A stretch of DNA of 64,000 nucleotides from Emiliania huxleyi CCMP1516. Lineage: Eukaryota. This document shows, piece after piece, positions 20,983 to 31,163 of the stretch. The DNA is taken from NCBI RefSeq assembly GCF_000372725.1, contig NW_005202427.1:186001-250000 (forward strand), read 5' to 3'. A program made the translations under genes and the position numbers. The notes below the pieces were generated by a model, which was given only the letters and a program-made list of their open reading frames with translations, was not told the DNA's origin and searched no databases. How positions within the stretch are numbered: position 1 is the stretch's first letter; every line of letters begins with the position of its first letter.

Positions 20983-23900
20983 CTACACCGAGCGTCGGCC
21001 GACGCCGCCGCTGTCGCGTCGGGCCGCCGCCTTGGCGAGCTCATCCCTCGCGGCATGGCCGTCGCGGGAGAGCGTGTAGCTTGTCCCCCCCGTCTCGCCG
21101 CGCGCGCTGCGATGCAGCGGCTGCTGGCTCGACGAGGCGCCTCCCGGCCGGTTCCGCTTGGGCGAGCTCTTGCCGCCAAAGCGGCGCATGCGCGCGGGGT
21201 CGGCGCCGCCGCCGCTCGCGGGCGAGAGCTCGGTGCGCTGCTCGCGCGGCGCCTGCCACTGCGACATCAGCCCCGCGATGTGGCCGGCGCCGCGGCTGCC
21301 CGCCGAGTAGGGCGTCCTCTCCTGCGGCGAGACAGCGTGGCGCCACGGCGAGAGTACCGCCGACCGCACCTCCTTGCGGCCAAACGACTCGGGCAGCGAC
21401 ACCTCGGACGGGATGGTGGGCAGCGGCGCGCCGTCGGCCGACGGGACGAGCTGCGGCTGGGCGGAGCCCCAGTCGAGGTTGGGCCCGCCGTGGCCGCCGC
21501 CCGTCCAGAGGGAGGTGCGGCGCGCGAGGAGCCAGAGGTAGTCCTGCTGCTGCGTAAACGCGGCGGCGAGCAGCTGCTGCGCGAGCTGCGGCTGAGAGAG
21601 GCGGAGGCCGCGCAGCTGCGCCGCCGAGAGCGAGATGACGACGCGCGGCGGCGAGGAGCGCGACAGGACCGCCGAGCTCACCGACGGCAGCCCGAGTAGC
21701 ACGCCCTCGGCGCCGAAGACGCCGCCGTGCCTCATCGTGGCGAGGGTGAGCGGCCCGTCCGGGGAGCCGTAGTCGGTGGTGACGGACAGCTCCGCCCCGG
21801 AGGGAGGCACGACGAGGACCTCGCGGTTTAGGTTGCCTTGCGAGGTGAGCAGCTCGCCCGGCTGCAGCGTCACCTTTGCGCCGTACTGCGAGAGCGAGTC
21901 CCAAGAGAGCCCCGGGGGCAGCGACGACGGCGCAAACGGGAGCGAGGGGGCGCCCGACGCGTCGAGCGTGTACGGCCGCAGCCGGTTCGGCGTGCCTCGC
22001 GCCTCCTCCTCGCCGCCCTCGCCGCTGCCGTCGCTGCCGCCACTGCTGCCGCTGCCACTCACCGCACCCTTGCCCTCCGCCGCGCCCTTCCCCACCGATG
22101 CCGCCTTGCCCCCCTCCCCCGAGCTCGACGGCCCGCCCGCCGCCGCCGCGTCGATGAGCGAGGGCGGCAGCTGCGTCGGCGCGAGCGACACGCCGCTGTG
22201 CCTCCCGCCGCCGCCGGTGGAGAAGGCGGAAGGGCCCTCGCGGTGCGACGACTTGACGGGCGAGCCGAGCAGCAGCAGCTGCTCCTCGCAGCTCTCGAGC
22301 GCCTCGTCCACCGTCCGGTACACGGCGCTGTCGAGCGCCGCCGTCGCGGGCGCGCCGCCGCACGAGGCGCGCGACTCGCAGCCTTGCTGAGAGGTGATGG
22401 AGGCGGTGCGCGAGAGCGCCACGGCGCCGCCGCCGGCCGCCGCGGGCTCGGGAGAGAGCGCGGCGACCATCTGCGACGAGGCGGCGGCGACGAGCAGGCT
22501 GACGCCGCGCGCCTTGAGCTGACGGCGCAAGCGGCGGAGGAGGGTGCACGCAGAAGGCTCGATGCCATGCGTCGCCTGACCGAGGGCGCGCGGCTCGGGT
22601 CAACCTCGGGACAGTCTCGGGGGGCCATCGGGCGGTTGCGACTGTCGGGGCGTGTGCTGCTGGTGACTCTCGTGCAAGCTCGCCTGCAGGTCGAGCAAGA
22701 CGAAGCGCATCTCGCGCCCGTGCCGCTCCGACGCGCGGAGGACGTAGCGCGAGAGGCGCGAGACGGTGCCACCGTACAGGAAGCCCTCGAGGCCTGCGGC
22801 GCGCCGGGGGTGGGGGCGGAGGGAGTGGCGCGGGGGCGGAGAGTGCAGTCGCGGCGAGGTCCGTGGGTCGTGCTTGGCTAGGTCGTGCGAGGGTGTCCGC
22901 CTGGTTCTGGCTACTAGGGCGAGGTGGGAAGGCGCCGCCGTGCTGCATCTCGGCCGAATCTCGGCCCGCATCTCGGGCTATTCGAGGCCGATGAGGTGAA
23001 TGGCGCCGCCGTGCCGCCGGAGGAAGGCCTGGGCGTGGTGCGGCCGCGAGGCGGGCGGGTGGCACGAGCGGCTGGTGAGGTGGTACTTGAGCGCGTTGGC
23101 GCGGGAGAGGCGAAGGTGCGAGAGGAAGACGGCGCAGAGGGCGCCTGGGAGGAGGGGGGGCGGGCGTCACGCGGGGAGGGGAGGGGAGAGGGGGGAGAGA
23201 GTGCGGGCGTGTGCGCCGAGCAGCACAGCGGCGGTCTGGCCGAAGAGGAGGGCGCTGCAGATCATCGCGAACAGCATCGCGAAGCCTGCCCACAGGCGGC
23301 GCGAGCCGTGAAAAGACGCGGCACCTCTTCCGAAGACCCCCCCCCCCCCCCCCTTCCAGCCGGCATGTCTCGGCGGCGCCTGGTCGGTCGATCCAGCGTC
23401 GCGCGTCCCACAGCCACAGCTTCGTGAGCTCGACTCCATTCGCCATCAGCAGCGAGCCTACCGCCGAAAGTCGCCGGCCTTTGGCTGAGGTGCAGATCTC
23501 GACACAGGGGGCCGTCGGCAGGCGAGGCCGAGCAGCGGTCGCGGCAGCACCTGTTCACGCGACGCGGGTGTGAAGAGACGCTGCTGCACTGCCGGCACAA
23601 GAAAGGGGTCGGGGAAGCGCACATTCATCAGCGGCAGCCCCGACGCGAGCACCGAGGCGGTCAGGGCGATGGTGGCGACCCCGACCGCGCGAGTCCGCAC
23701 GCCCGCCTGCGGGCGGCAGGGCGCGGCGCGGCGCTCAGCGGAGGGGCGGGCGACAGCGCTGTGGTGCGAGGCATGGGGGGGGGGGGGGGGGAGGAGGAAA
23801 CGGCGGGTCAGTCCTATCGATCCGAAGGGCCCATGGGGAGACCTCGGGGTCGCTTAATACATGCAAGGGGATGACATCATGCCCGGGGGAGTGGTGCGGG

Positions 23901-25935
23901 GCGGGCGCGGGCGGGCGCAACGCCCCTGGCTGCCTGCCGCAGCGCAGTGACGTAGTCGGGCGACGGGTGCGCCGCCACCCCGCCCACCAGCGCGGCGAGG
24001 GCGGAGGCGGAGCCGGCGGCGCGCAGCTCTGCGTTCATGTCGAGGTAGGCGCCCGAGGCCGACTCGAGCACAACCACCTGCAGAGAGAGAGAGAGGGGCG
24101 CGCCGCCGGTCTCGAGGAGGGGGTGCGAGGAGGGGGTGCGAGGAGTGGGTGCGAGGAGGGGGTGCGAGGAGTGGGTGCGAGGAGGGGGTGCGAGGAGGGG
24201 GTGCGAGGAGGGGGTGCGAGGAGGGGGTGCGAGGAGGGGGTGCGAGGAGGAAGGCCTCACTCTCGCATCGGCCGCTCGAGCGGAGGGGGAGGGAGAGGTG
24301 GGGAGGGGTGGGGAGAGGTGGGGAGAGGTGGGGAGGGGTGGGGAAGGGGAGGGGGAGAGGAGGGGGCAACGTCTCGGCATACCGGCCATCTCTTCTGCCG
24401 TCTCTTCTGCCATCTCTTCTGCCGTCTCTTCTGCCGTCTCTTCTGCCGTCTCTTCTGCCATCTCTTCTGCCATCTCTTCTGCCGTCTCTTCTGCCATCTC
24501 TTCTGCCATCTCTTCTGCCGTCTCTCTGCCGTCTCTCTGCCGTCTCTCTGCCAATCTCCGCCTTGAGCAGCATTGCCGCGAGCGACGTCACCGCCGACGC
24601 AAAGAGGCCTAGAGGGTAGGCACGGCCGAGGTACACCCGAGAGGCAGTCGGGGTGGTGCCGCGCCACCGCCGAAGACGACGGGGCCGTTGACATCCGAAA
24701 ACATCGCCGACCAGGAGACCGGCCCGAGTCGGCCGGTGGCGGCGCCGGGCGCGAAATAGACTGAGAGGGGGACGCCCGCCTCCGCCTCGAAGAGCCACCC
24801 GTCCGAGACGAGGCCTAGAGGACCGATGCCATCCGGGCGGGGTGAGGGACGGGTGCCGGGCGGGCAGTGCCGGGCAGGTACTAGGTGCCGGGCGGGCTCC
24901 GGGTCAGCCACGCGGCAGCGAGGAGGGGGGGGGGGAGGGGGAGAGGGGGGGGAGAGGCGCCGTCGAGAGTGCAGCCGGCGAACCCGGCGATGGCATAGAA
25001 GATGGTGAGGGCGGCGGGCAGCAGCAGCACGAAGGCGGAGAGCGTGTGCAGCTTCGCTCCAATCACGAGCTGCAGCAGCGCGAGGCCTAGAGGTGACAGT
25101 GTCCGCCAACCGTGCGCCCGCCCACCCCAAGGAGGGTCGTGCGGCGAGGTGCGGCGGTGCGAGCGCCGGCGGCCGAGGCGAGCTGGGCGCCGCCGTCGCG
25201 CAGCGCGTGCTGCAGCGAGCGGGCGTCGTGCACGCTGATGCCGGTGGACACGGCGACGGCGCCAAGCGTCGCCATCGCCCCGGTCACCGCCAGCAGCCCG
25301 GCGAGCAGAGGGTAAGGGAGGAAGAGGACAATCTCGGCGGCGCGCGCGCGGCCGACGGCGTAGTACATCGCGCCCTGCGACAGCGAGGCCAGCCCGACCG
25401 CCAGCAGCGAGGTTGCCCGCGCCGTCGCCGCCGCGGCCGCAGTGTGAGTGCCGAGAGCTGCATAGACGGACGAGACGAGCCGGTGGCAGAGGAGGGCGAT
25501 GGTGACGTCCGCAGAGGCGACGGCGTAGTGCGGGACGGCGGAGCTGCACGAGAGGCGCGCCTGCACCGTCACCAGCCCGGTCAGGTGCATCGCCGCCACC
25601 AGTGCCGGCTCGAGCTCCGAGTCGACGCACACGAGCTGAGCGAACGCATATGACTGCGCCAGGTTGAAGAGGGTGATGGGCAGCGCCTGCAGCGCCGCAG
25701 AGAGGAGCTCCGCGCCGGCGAAGCAGCGCTGCTGCCCGCCGCTGCCACCGCCGCCCAGCGACGACGAAGCTCCTCCAAAGCCGCCACCGAGCGCGTCCTC
25801 ATCGGCGGTGCTAGGCGCCGGCCGCAGCATCTTTAGCCGCCAGAGCTGCGGCTCGCCGTCCTGGCCATGCGGCGCGGGCGTTAGGCTCTCCGGCTGGTTG
25901 GAGGTGGGCAGCAGCGGCTCGGAAGAGGCGGGCAT
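20983..25935 (-). CDS. SulP/SLC26-family anion transporter with STAS and cyclic-nucleotide-binding-like domains (multi-exon)
   Basis: TM exons (LQALPITLFNLAQSYAFAQLV; IVLFLPYPLLAGLLAVTG; LDMNAELRAAG); STAS-like LEGFLYGGT...FVLLDLQ and TVDEALESCEEQLL; cNMP-like LQPGELLTSQG...GGVFGAEG...LSAAQLRGLRLSQPQLA. Confidence 0.75.
24113..24250. repeat. Intronic 13-bp minisatellite (CGAGGAGGGGGTG)n
   Basis: About 10 tandem units visible. Confidence 0.9.
24385..24553. repeat. Intronic 11-12-bp minisatellite (GCCRTCTCTTCT / GCCGTCTCTCT)n
   Basis: About 14 tandem units visible. Confidence 0.9.
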
Positions 25936-26200
25936 CGAGCCAGAACTCTCGGGGCTGCCGATCTACCGGCTTTTTTTTCGGATTGACCGCGTTGGAGGTC
26001 CGAGAAGCTGTTCTTCGGTTGGACTGGGGTGCCGCAGGCGAGGAAATTTGGGGAACGACACAAATTTACGAAAAACATCTTTTGGTTTGGCTTTTATGAG
26101 CTGCATGCATCGCGCGATGTCATAAAAGCCAACTCAGAGTCAGGGGGGGGGGGGGGGTTGCCGTGTTGCGCGTTGACCGTTGTGTAGTGTAGTGTGTGTG

Positions 26201-27594
26201 TTACGACTCGAGCTGGACACCGAGCATCGCGTCCTCCTCCTGCGCGATCGCTTGGACGGCGGCGGTTCGCGCGGCCTTGTGGGGGGTGTCAGCACGCCAA
26301 TTGCGCACCAGGCAATGCAGCACGTGGTAGTGGGCCGCCAAGGCCGACACCGTCAGTGGCACCACGCCAAGTACCGCCACGTTTCCCGACGGGAACAGGT
26401 CGGCGATCGCGTGCGACACCTAGAGGGCAAGTCGGCGGGTCAACGCCTGCGCTGCTTTGTTGCTCCAACACACACCCGTCTTTGGGCACCTCTCTCGCGG
26501 AGAGGCAAAAGAAGAGCGTTCCGATAAAGAGGACGCAGGCGCCGTCGAGCACCTTGCCGGTGAGGCGCAGGTATCCGCCCACAATGTAGAGCGCTGCCGA
26601 CGCCTTGTGCATGTGCATCCACGTGATGGTGTACTTGTCGTCGTCCATCGTGTGCCTGCGGTGATAATTCCAAGCCAATTAAGGCGTGGCTGAATGCTCG
26701 TGTTATTCGGCGCCGTCGACATGCGAAGACAGCGGCCCGGGCATTGAATGCGATGGAAGGCTGCGGAGTGGCAAGTGTGTTCACGAGTGCTGGCGTCGCA
26801 TCTTGGTGTGAGTGCGTGTGCGAGAGCATGCCCACGCCATAGAGAATCGTGCCCAGGCCGACGTGCAGGTCGGTCGTGCGGCCGTGCAGCGTGGCGACGA
26901 GGCCGAGCAGCCCGAACGATCCCCACGTGAAGGCGTGCAGGATGTGCTGGTAGTCGACCTACAATGGAAGCCGGCGAGTGGTCGGGGACGGTCGTGCAAG
27001 TTTGAGTTGGCGTGGACTTGACACGCTCAGTGCTAGCTACGGTATAACGCGTCTTCCCCATCTAAGCCGGCCAACGCTCGGCGCCCATTCACGCGTCTTG
27101 CAGCACGCCTCGCGGTGCGCAATCGACGCCGACTCTATGCAGCCGTCGATGAAGCCGGCGAGGAGCATCGCAAGGCTCTCGGCCCGGCGAAGGCGCAGTG
27201 GCTCCTCCGGATGCGCGAGTACCATGACCACCGGCAGCAAGAAGAGCACCGCAAACTCAAACGTCGTCGGGAGCAGGTGGCCGACTTCCTGGCTGAAGAG
27301 CCCGTCGCCAAACTGCATCGTGACGCCCCAGGCCGTGACCACGGGGAGGCACCAGGCGGCGACGACGTGGAAGGCCGCGCCGAGCGCCAGGCTGCCCGGC
27401 GCTACCCACCGCTGTGCCGCCGCCACCGCAGCGACAACGCACGCGGCGCCGGCGTATGCGACGTGCCATGCGGCGAGGAGCGAGGCGAGGCCGGCGAGGA
27501 GCAGGGCGGTGGCGAGCTGGCGCGCCTCGGGGCGGACACACACGTGCCCCGCGAGCAGCGCCGTGGCGACCCAGCCCAGGAGGTGCAGCGGCAT
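26201..27594 (-). CDS. His-rich polytopic membrane protein, YTP1/TMEM45-like (multi-exon)
   Basis: Exons read QEVGHLL...AESLAMLLAGFIDGCIE / VDYQHILHAFTWGSFGLLG...GMLSH / HMHKASAALYIVGGYLRL / SHAIADLFPSGN. TM helices carry conserved-looking His residues. Confidence 0.55.
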
Positions 27595-28333
27595 ATGTTT
27601 GTCGACGCGCGGCGTGCAGGGTACGACTCCTTAGGCGCGAACGTGGGAAGCGCCCGTCCCCCACACTGGGGACCCGCCCAAGTTCTTCACACATGGCACA
27701 CCCCTGACCCAAGATCACGAATAGGAATGTACAGAACCCTCCTCGAATCTGATCCATCCATGCACTCGCGGTTCAGGCCCGGGCAAGACGTGCCGCAGGG
27801 CCGTCCAGCGTGCGTGGCTGGCGCCGATAGATTCAGGGACATGCCGGCCCCAGGCGAGTCGCCGATGGCACTCACGCTCAACGTCCGCTGAGCCAGTCAT
27901 TCCCGCATGGAGCTCATGTGAGCAGAGGCCTTAGCGCTTAGTCCTTAGACCTTAGTTAGTTAGGGACGATGTCGAAATGGGGTCGTCATAAGGCCATCTG
28001 TACTGAGCAACCACACCGTCCGCCGTCCAGCACAATCGCCAGGGTGGCGAGCGCCGCACACAGCACTGTTCGTGCCGCGATCACGAGAGACGCGTGGTCA
28101 CAAGCGCATCTGCGCGTCCTTTGATATTGTCTGTCTGTCGGTCCCGCCCGGGTAGCCTCGGGCGGCAAGGGCGAGCTCAGGCGAGACACACAGCGCGGAC
28201 GTCGACGCGCGTGAAACTTAGCGCGGCAAGAGATTGCTCGAACCCTAAAATTCTTCTTAGTTTTGTCCGAGACGAGCGTGAGGACGAGTCAGGGTCGCGT
28301 CCCGTGTCAGCCCAACTGCAGCCACCCGCGCTA

Positions 28334-30463
28334 ATGCCGCGTCCCGCCAACGACGACGAGTGGGTGGACGTGAGCAAGGGCGAGGACGAGAGCGCCGCCT
28401 ACTCGACGTACATCGACGACCGCACGCATCTTTCCCCAGTATACGCTGCCGGCGACCTGCGCTACGTCCTCCGCGTGCCCAAGGGAGCAATCGTCAACGA
28501 GGCAAAGCGGGTGGCAAAGGCGCTGCACGGCTGCAACGCGTGCATCCACCGCGCAGGAATATACGTGCGTGACCTCGGCCCATCGGGGCCCGTGTTCCTC
28601 CACAACCTAACCTGCGGCATTGCCGCGCCGTGTGCCGAGGTGACCAAGCTGCGAGAGCTCGCGGAGGATCTCGCAGAGCAGGCGTGCCAGTCATGCCAGC
28701 AGCACGAGCTCGTCGTGGTGACCGACGCGACCTACGCACCCGTCCGAGAGGGCAAGTGCGCCGCCACTGGAGAGGAGTACGGCCATTGGACCGTCCATCC
28801 CGCTGCATGCTCGACATCCGAGGCGGCCACACGCTACAGCAAGCTCGCGCGCTACTATGGCCAGATGGATGTGCGACTCGCCAAGCTGACGGTGCCAGAG
28901 GCGCTGGCATCTGTCAACATCATGCTCGAGGAGCAGCCGCACCTTGAGCGCCCAGAGCACTATGCCGCGTGTCTACGCTGGGTGAAGACTCTTCAGCGTC
29001 ACGCCGTCGAGCAGTGTACGACCGGAAGCGGCGCGTTTGAGCTCATGTCGCTGGCCGACAAGGCGAAGCTGCGAGTGCTCGCAATCCTTCACGGCCGCGT
29101 GGAGGGCGCGACGCACCTCGACTTCCACCAGTCAGACAACATCGTCGACTTTCTCACGCTGCCCTCGCGGGACGCACTGCGCGCGGAGATGGACTCGCGC
29201 TCGGATCCCCGCTTCTACATGGTGTCACAGCTGAACCGAAAGCTCGCCTCGGCAGGCGTCACCTCGAGGCACCTGATTGGGCTCACGTGGGACGGCAAGT
29301 TCACCGACGACCTAGACATCCATGTCAAGACGCCCAGTGGCAACAAGATCTACTACGGCAACAAGTCGGCAGACGGGTGCACCCTCGACTTTGACGCCAA
29401 TGTGACGCAGGGCGAAGCCAACCCGTGCGAAAACGTGAGCTGCAAGCCGGGGACCTTCGAGGTTTCGGTGGACAACTACACGCGCCGTACGCGCGGGGCC
29501 GTCCCGTTCCAGGTCGTTTGCCGACAGGAAGGCATGCCCGACGTCGTGTACGACGGCACGTGGCCGGCGAACCGCGCCAAGGGCCGCCTCCTGCTCGTCT
29601 GCCGGCACACCTTCACCGAGGCGAGGGAGGAGCCGGGTGGGCTGGCGATGTCGGCCGGCGCGGCGGGGCGCGCCAAGGCGCTCGCGGGCGAGTGGTCCGC
29701 GAAGATCGGCGAGCCAACAGCTGTTGTCGCGACAACCGACGACCTCGCGGGCGCGTGCGGCGCGACCGTCTACCGCTGCGGCCGTGCGACCGAGCCGGCG
29801 CAGGTCGGTCGCGTCTTCATGAGCATGGCGGCGAGCACAAGCAACAAGACCGCGCCGGCAGCCGACCCCGTCAGGCGGAAGAAGGCTTTCCTGAGCGAGA
29901 GCGTCAAGCGTCACCCAACGACAGTGAGCGAACTCGTGGCGCACGTCCAGGCGCACCCCGCTACGCAACTCGCCGTCCGCGCGCGCGACCATGCGCCTGG
30001 CTACATGGTCAGCCTCGCCACAAAGTGCGCTGGCGTCCGCAAGACCGACCTCCCGGCGCCGTGCCACTTTCACGACAAGCACGCGCTCCCGGTCAAGCCG
30101 GTGAGGGCAACGGTTGGGAACGCGCGCCTTGACAGGTCTTGGCTGCCATGCATGAGCCCAAACGGGTACGTGCGAGTGAGCGCGGTGGTCGACGTGGCAG
30201 GAAGCTGCCCATTCCTGGCGCTCGAGGGCGCCGCTCTGCCAACATGCGGCGAGGCCTTCCCGCTGGCGTCCGGCTTCTACCCGACGGATCTGAGCGCCGA
30301 CTACCATGCGCACCGCGAGCGCTGGGCCTTCTACCACAGCCAACTCAAGCCGCGCGTGCCCGCGGACGCGAAGGAGGGCGCAGTCACGCTGGTGGGTGCG
30401 TTCCTAACGGGGGACAAGGCTATCGTGTACATGGACGGCGTCCAGCTGACGCTGAAGACGTGA
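28334..30463 (+). CDS. Intronless 709-aa hypothetical protein with a DUF2135/YfaP-like module, resembling phage/giant-virus proteins
   Basis: Single clean ORF with strong GC3 bias. Motifs HGCNACIHR, GHWTV, LERPEHY, LTWDGKFTDDLDIHVKTPSGNKIYYGNK...LDFDAN...PCENV and GFYPTDLSADYHAHR. Confidence 0.8.
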   Translation: MPRPANDDEWVDVSKGEDESAAYSTYIDDRTHLSPVYAAGDLRYVLRVPKGAIVNEAKRVAKALHGCNACIHRAGIYVRDLGPSGPVFLHNLTCGIAAPCAEVTKLRELAEDLAEQACQSCQQHELVVVTDATYAPVREGKCAATGEEYGHWTVHPAACSTSEAATRYSKLARYYGQMDVRLAKLTVPEALASVNIMLEEQPHLERPEHYAACLRWVKTLQRHAVEQCTTGSGAFELMSLADKAKLRVLAILHGRVEGATHLDFHQSDNIVDFLTLPSRDALRAEMDSRSDPRFYMVSQLNRKLASAGVTSRHLIGLTWDGKFTDDLDIHVKTPSGNKIYYGNKSADGCTLDFDANVTQGEANPCENVSCKPGTFEVSVDNYTRRTRGAVPFQVVCRQEGMPDVVYDGTWPANRAKGRLLLVCRHTFTEAREEPGGLAMSAGAAGRAKALAGEWSAKIGEPTAVVATTDDLAGACGATVYRCGRATEPAQVGRVFMSMAASTSNKTAPAADPVRRKKAFLSESVKRHPTTVSELVAHVQAHPATQLAVRARDHAPGYMVSLATKCAGVRKTDLPAPCHFHDKHALPVKPVRATVGNARLDRSWLPCMSPNGYVRVSAVVDVAGSCPFLALEGAALPTCGEAFPLASGFYPTDLSADYHAHRERWAFYHSQLKPRVPADAKEGAVTLVGAFLTGDKAIVYMDGVQLTLKT

Positions 30464-31163
30464 ATTGAGAGAGGCGCTGCATTCCGATGAACTCCTGCCA
30501 CAGGAAGGAGATTAGGATGACGGTGTTGGTGTCTTTTGTCTCGTCTATTCCCCCGTTGTTTGCACATTCGACTCCCTATTTTTCTCACACACACAGGGCC
30601 ACCGTCGCGCTGGGAGCTCCCAGCCGCGGGGGCGGGGGCGGGGGCGGGGGCCCGTCGAGGGGGCCCGGGGGGGACCCCCTGCGCACATTGGGTCGGACAC
30701 ACACCTTCTCTGGTAGGACGGGAACGAGATGATAGTAGGGAGTAGAAGAAAGCAAAGAGGAGCCCTGCGCACGCACGACTCCGCAGGAGAAACCCCTCCC
30801 GCCCGTGCTTGCGCAGCGCAGCCTCCTACACACCGCGCGCGCCGCCGCTCGAGCAGGCGGATGTCGAGCAGGCGCTTCCTGAGACGCTTCCTAGACACTT
30901 CCTAGACGCACTCGCCGCCGCGCGCTTGCGCGCCCCCCCCCCGGCGCCGGCCCCGGGCGCGCCCGCAGCCCGCCCCCGGGCCCGCGCCGCCGCCGGGGCG
31001 CGTGACCGCGATCCGCGTGTCGTCTGTGAACGGTGTGAGAGTGACAGTGAGTGCCTGTCCGATGCTCGTGGTCGGTCTGTCCATTTTTCTGCTTATGACG
31101 ACGACACGGCGCCGCAACTTGTGGAGATAGTCGCCAACTCTCGGGGGAGCGCTACAGCCGTCC

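Noticed and set aside
23877..24554. ORF with EEMAEETA repeats
   Set aside because: Translation of an intronic minisatellite.
27931..27965. TTAG-rich stretch resembling telomeric repeat
   Set aside because: Only one TTAGGG, too short to call.
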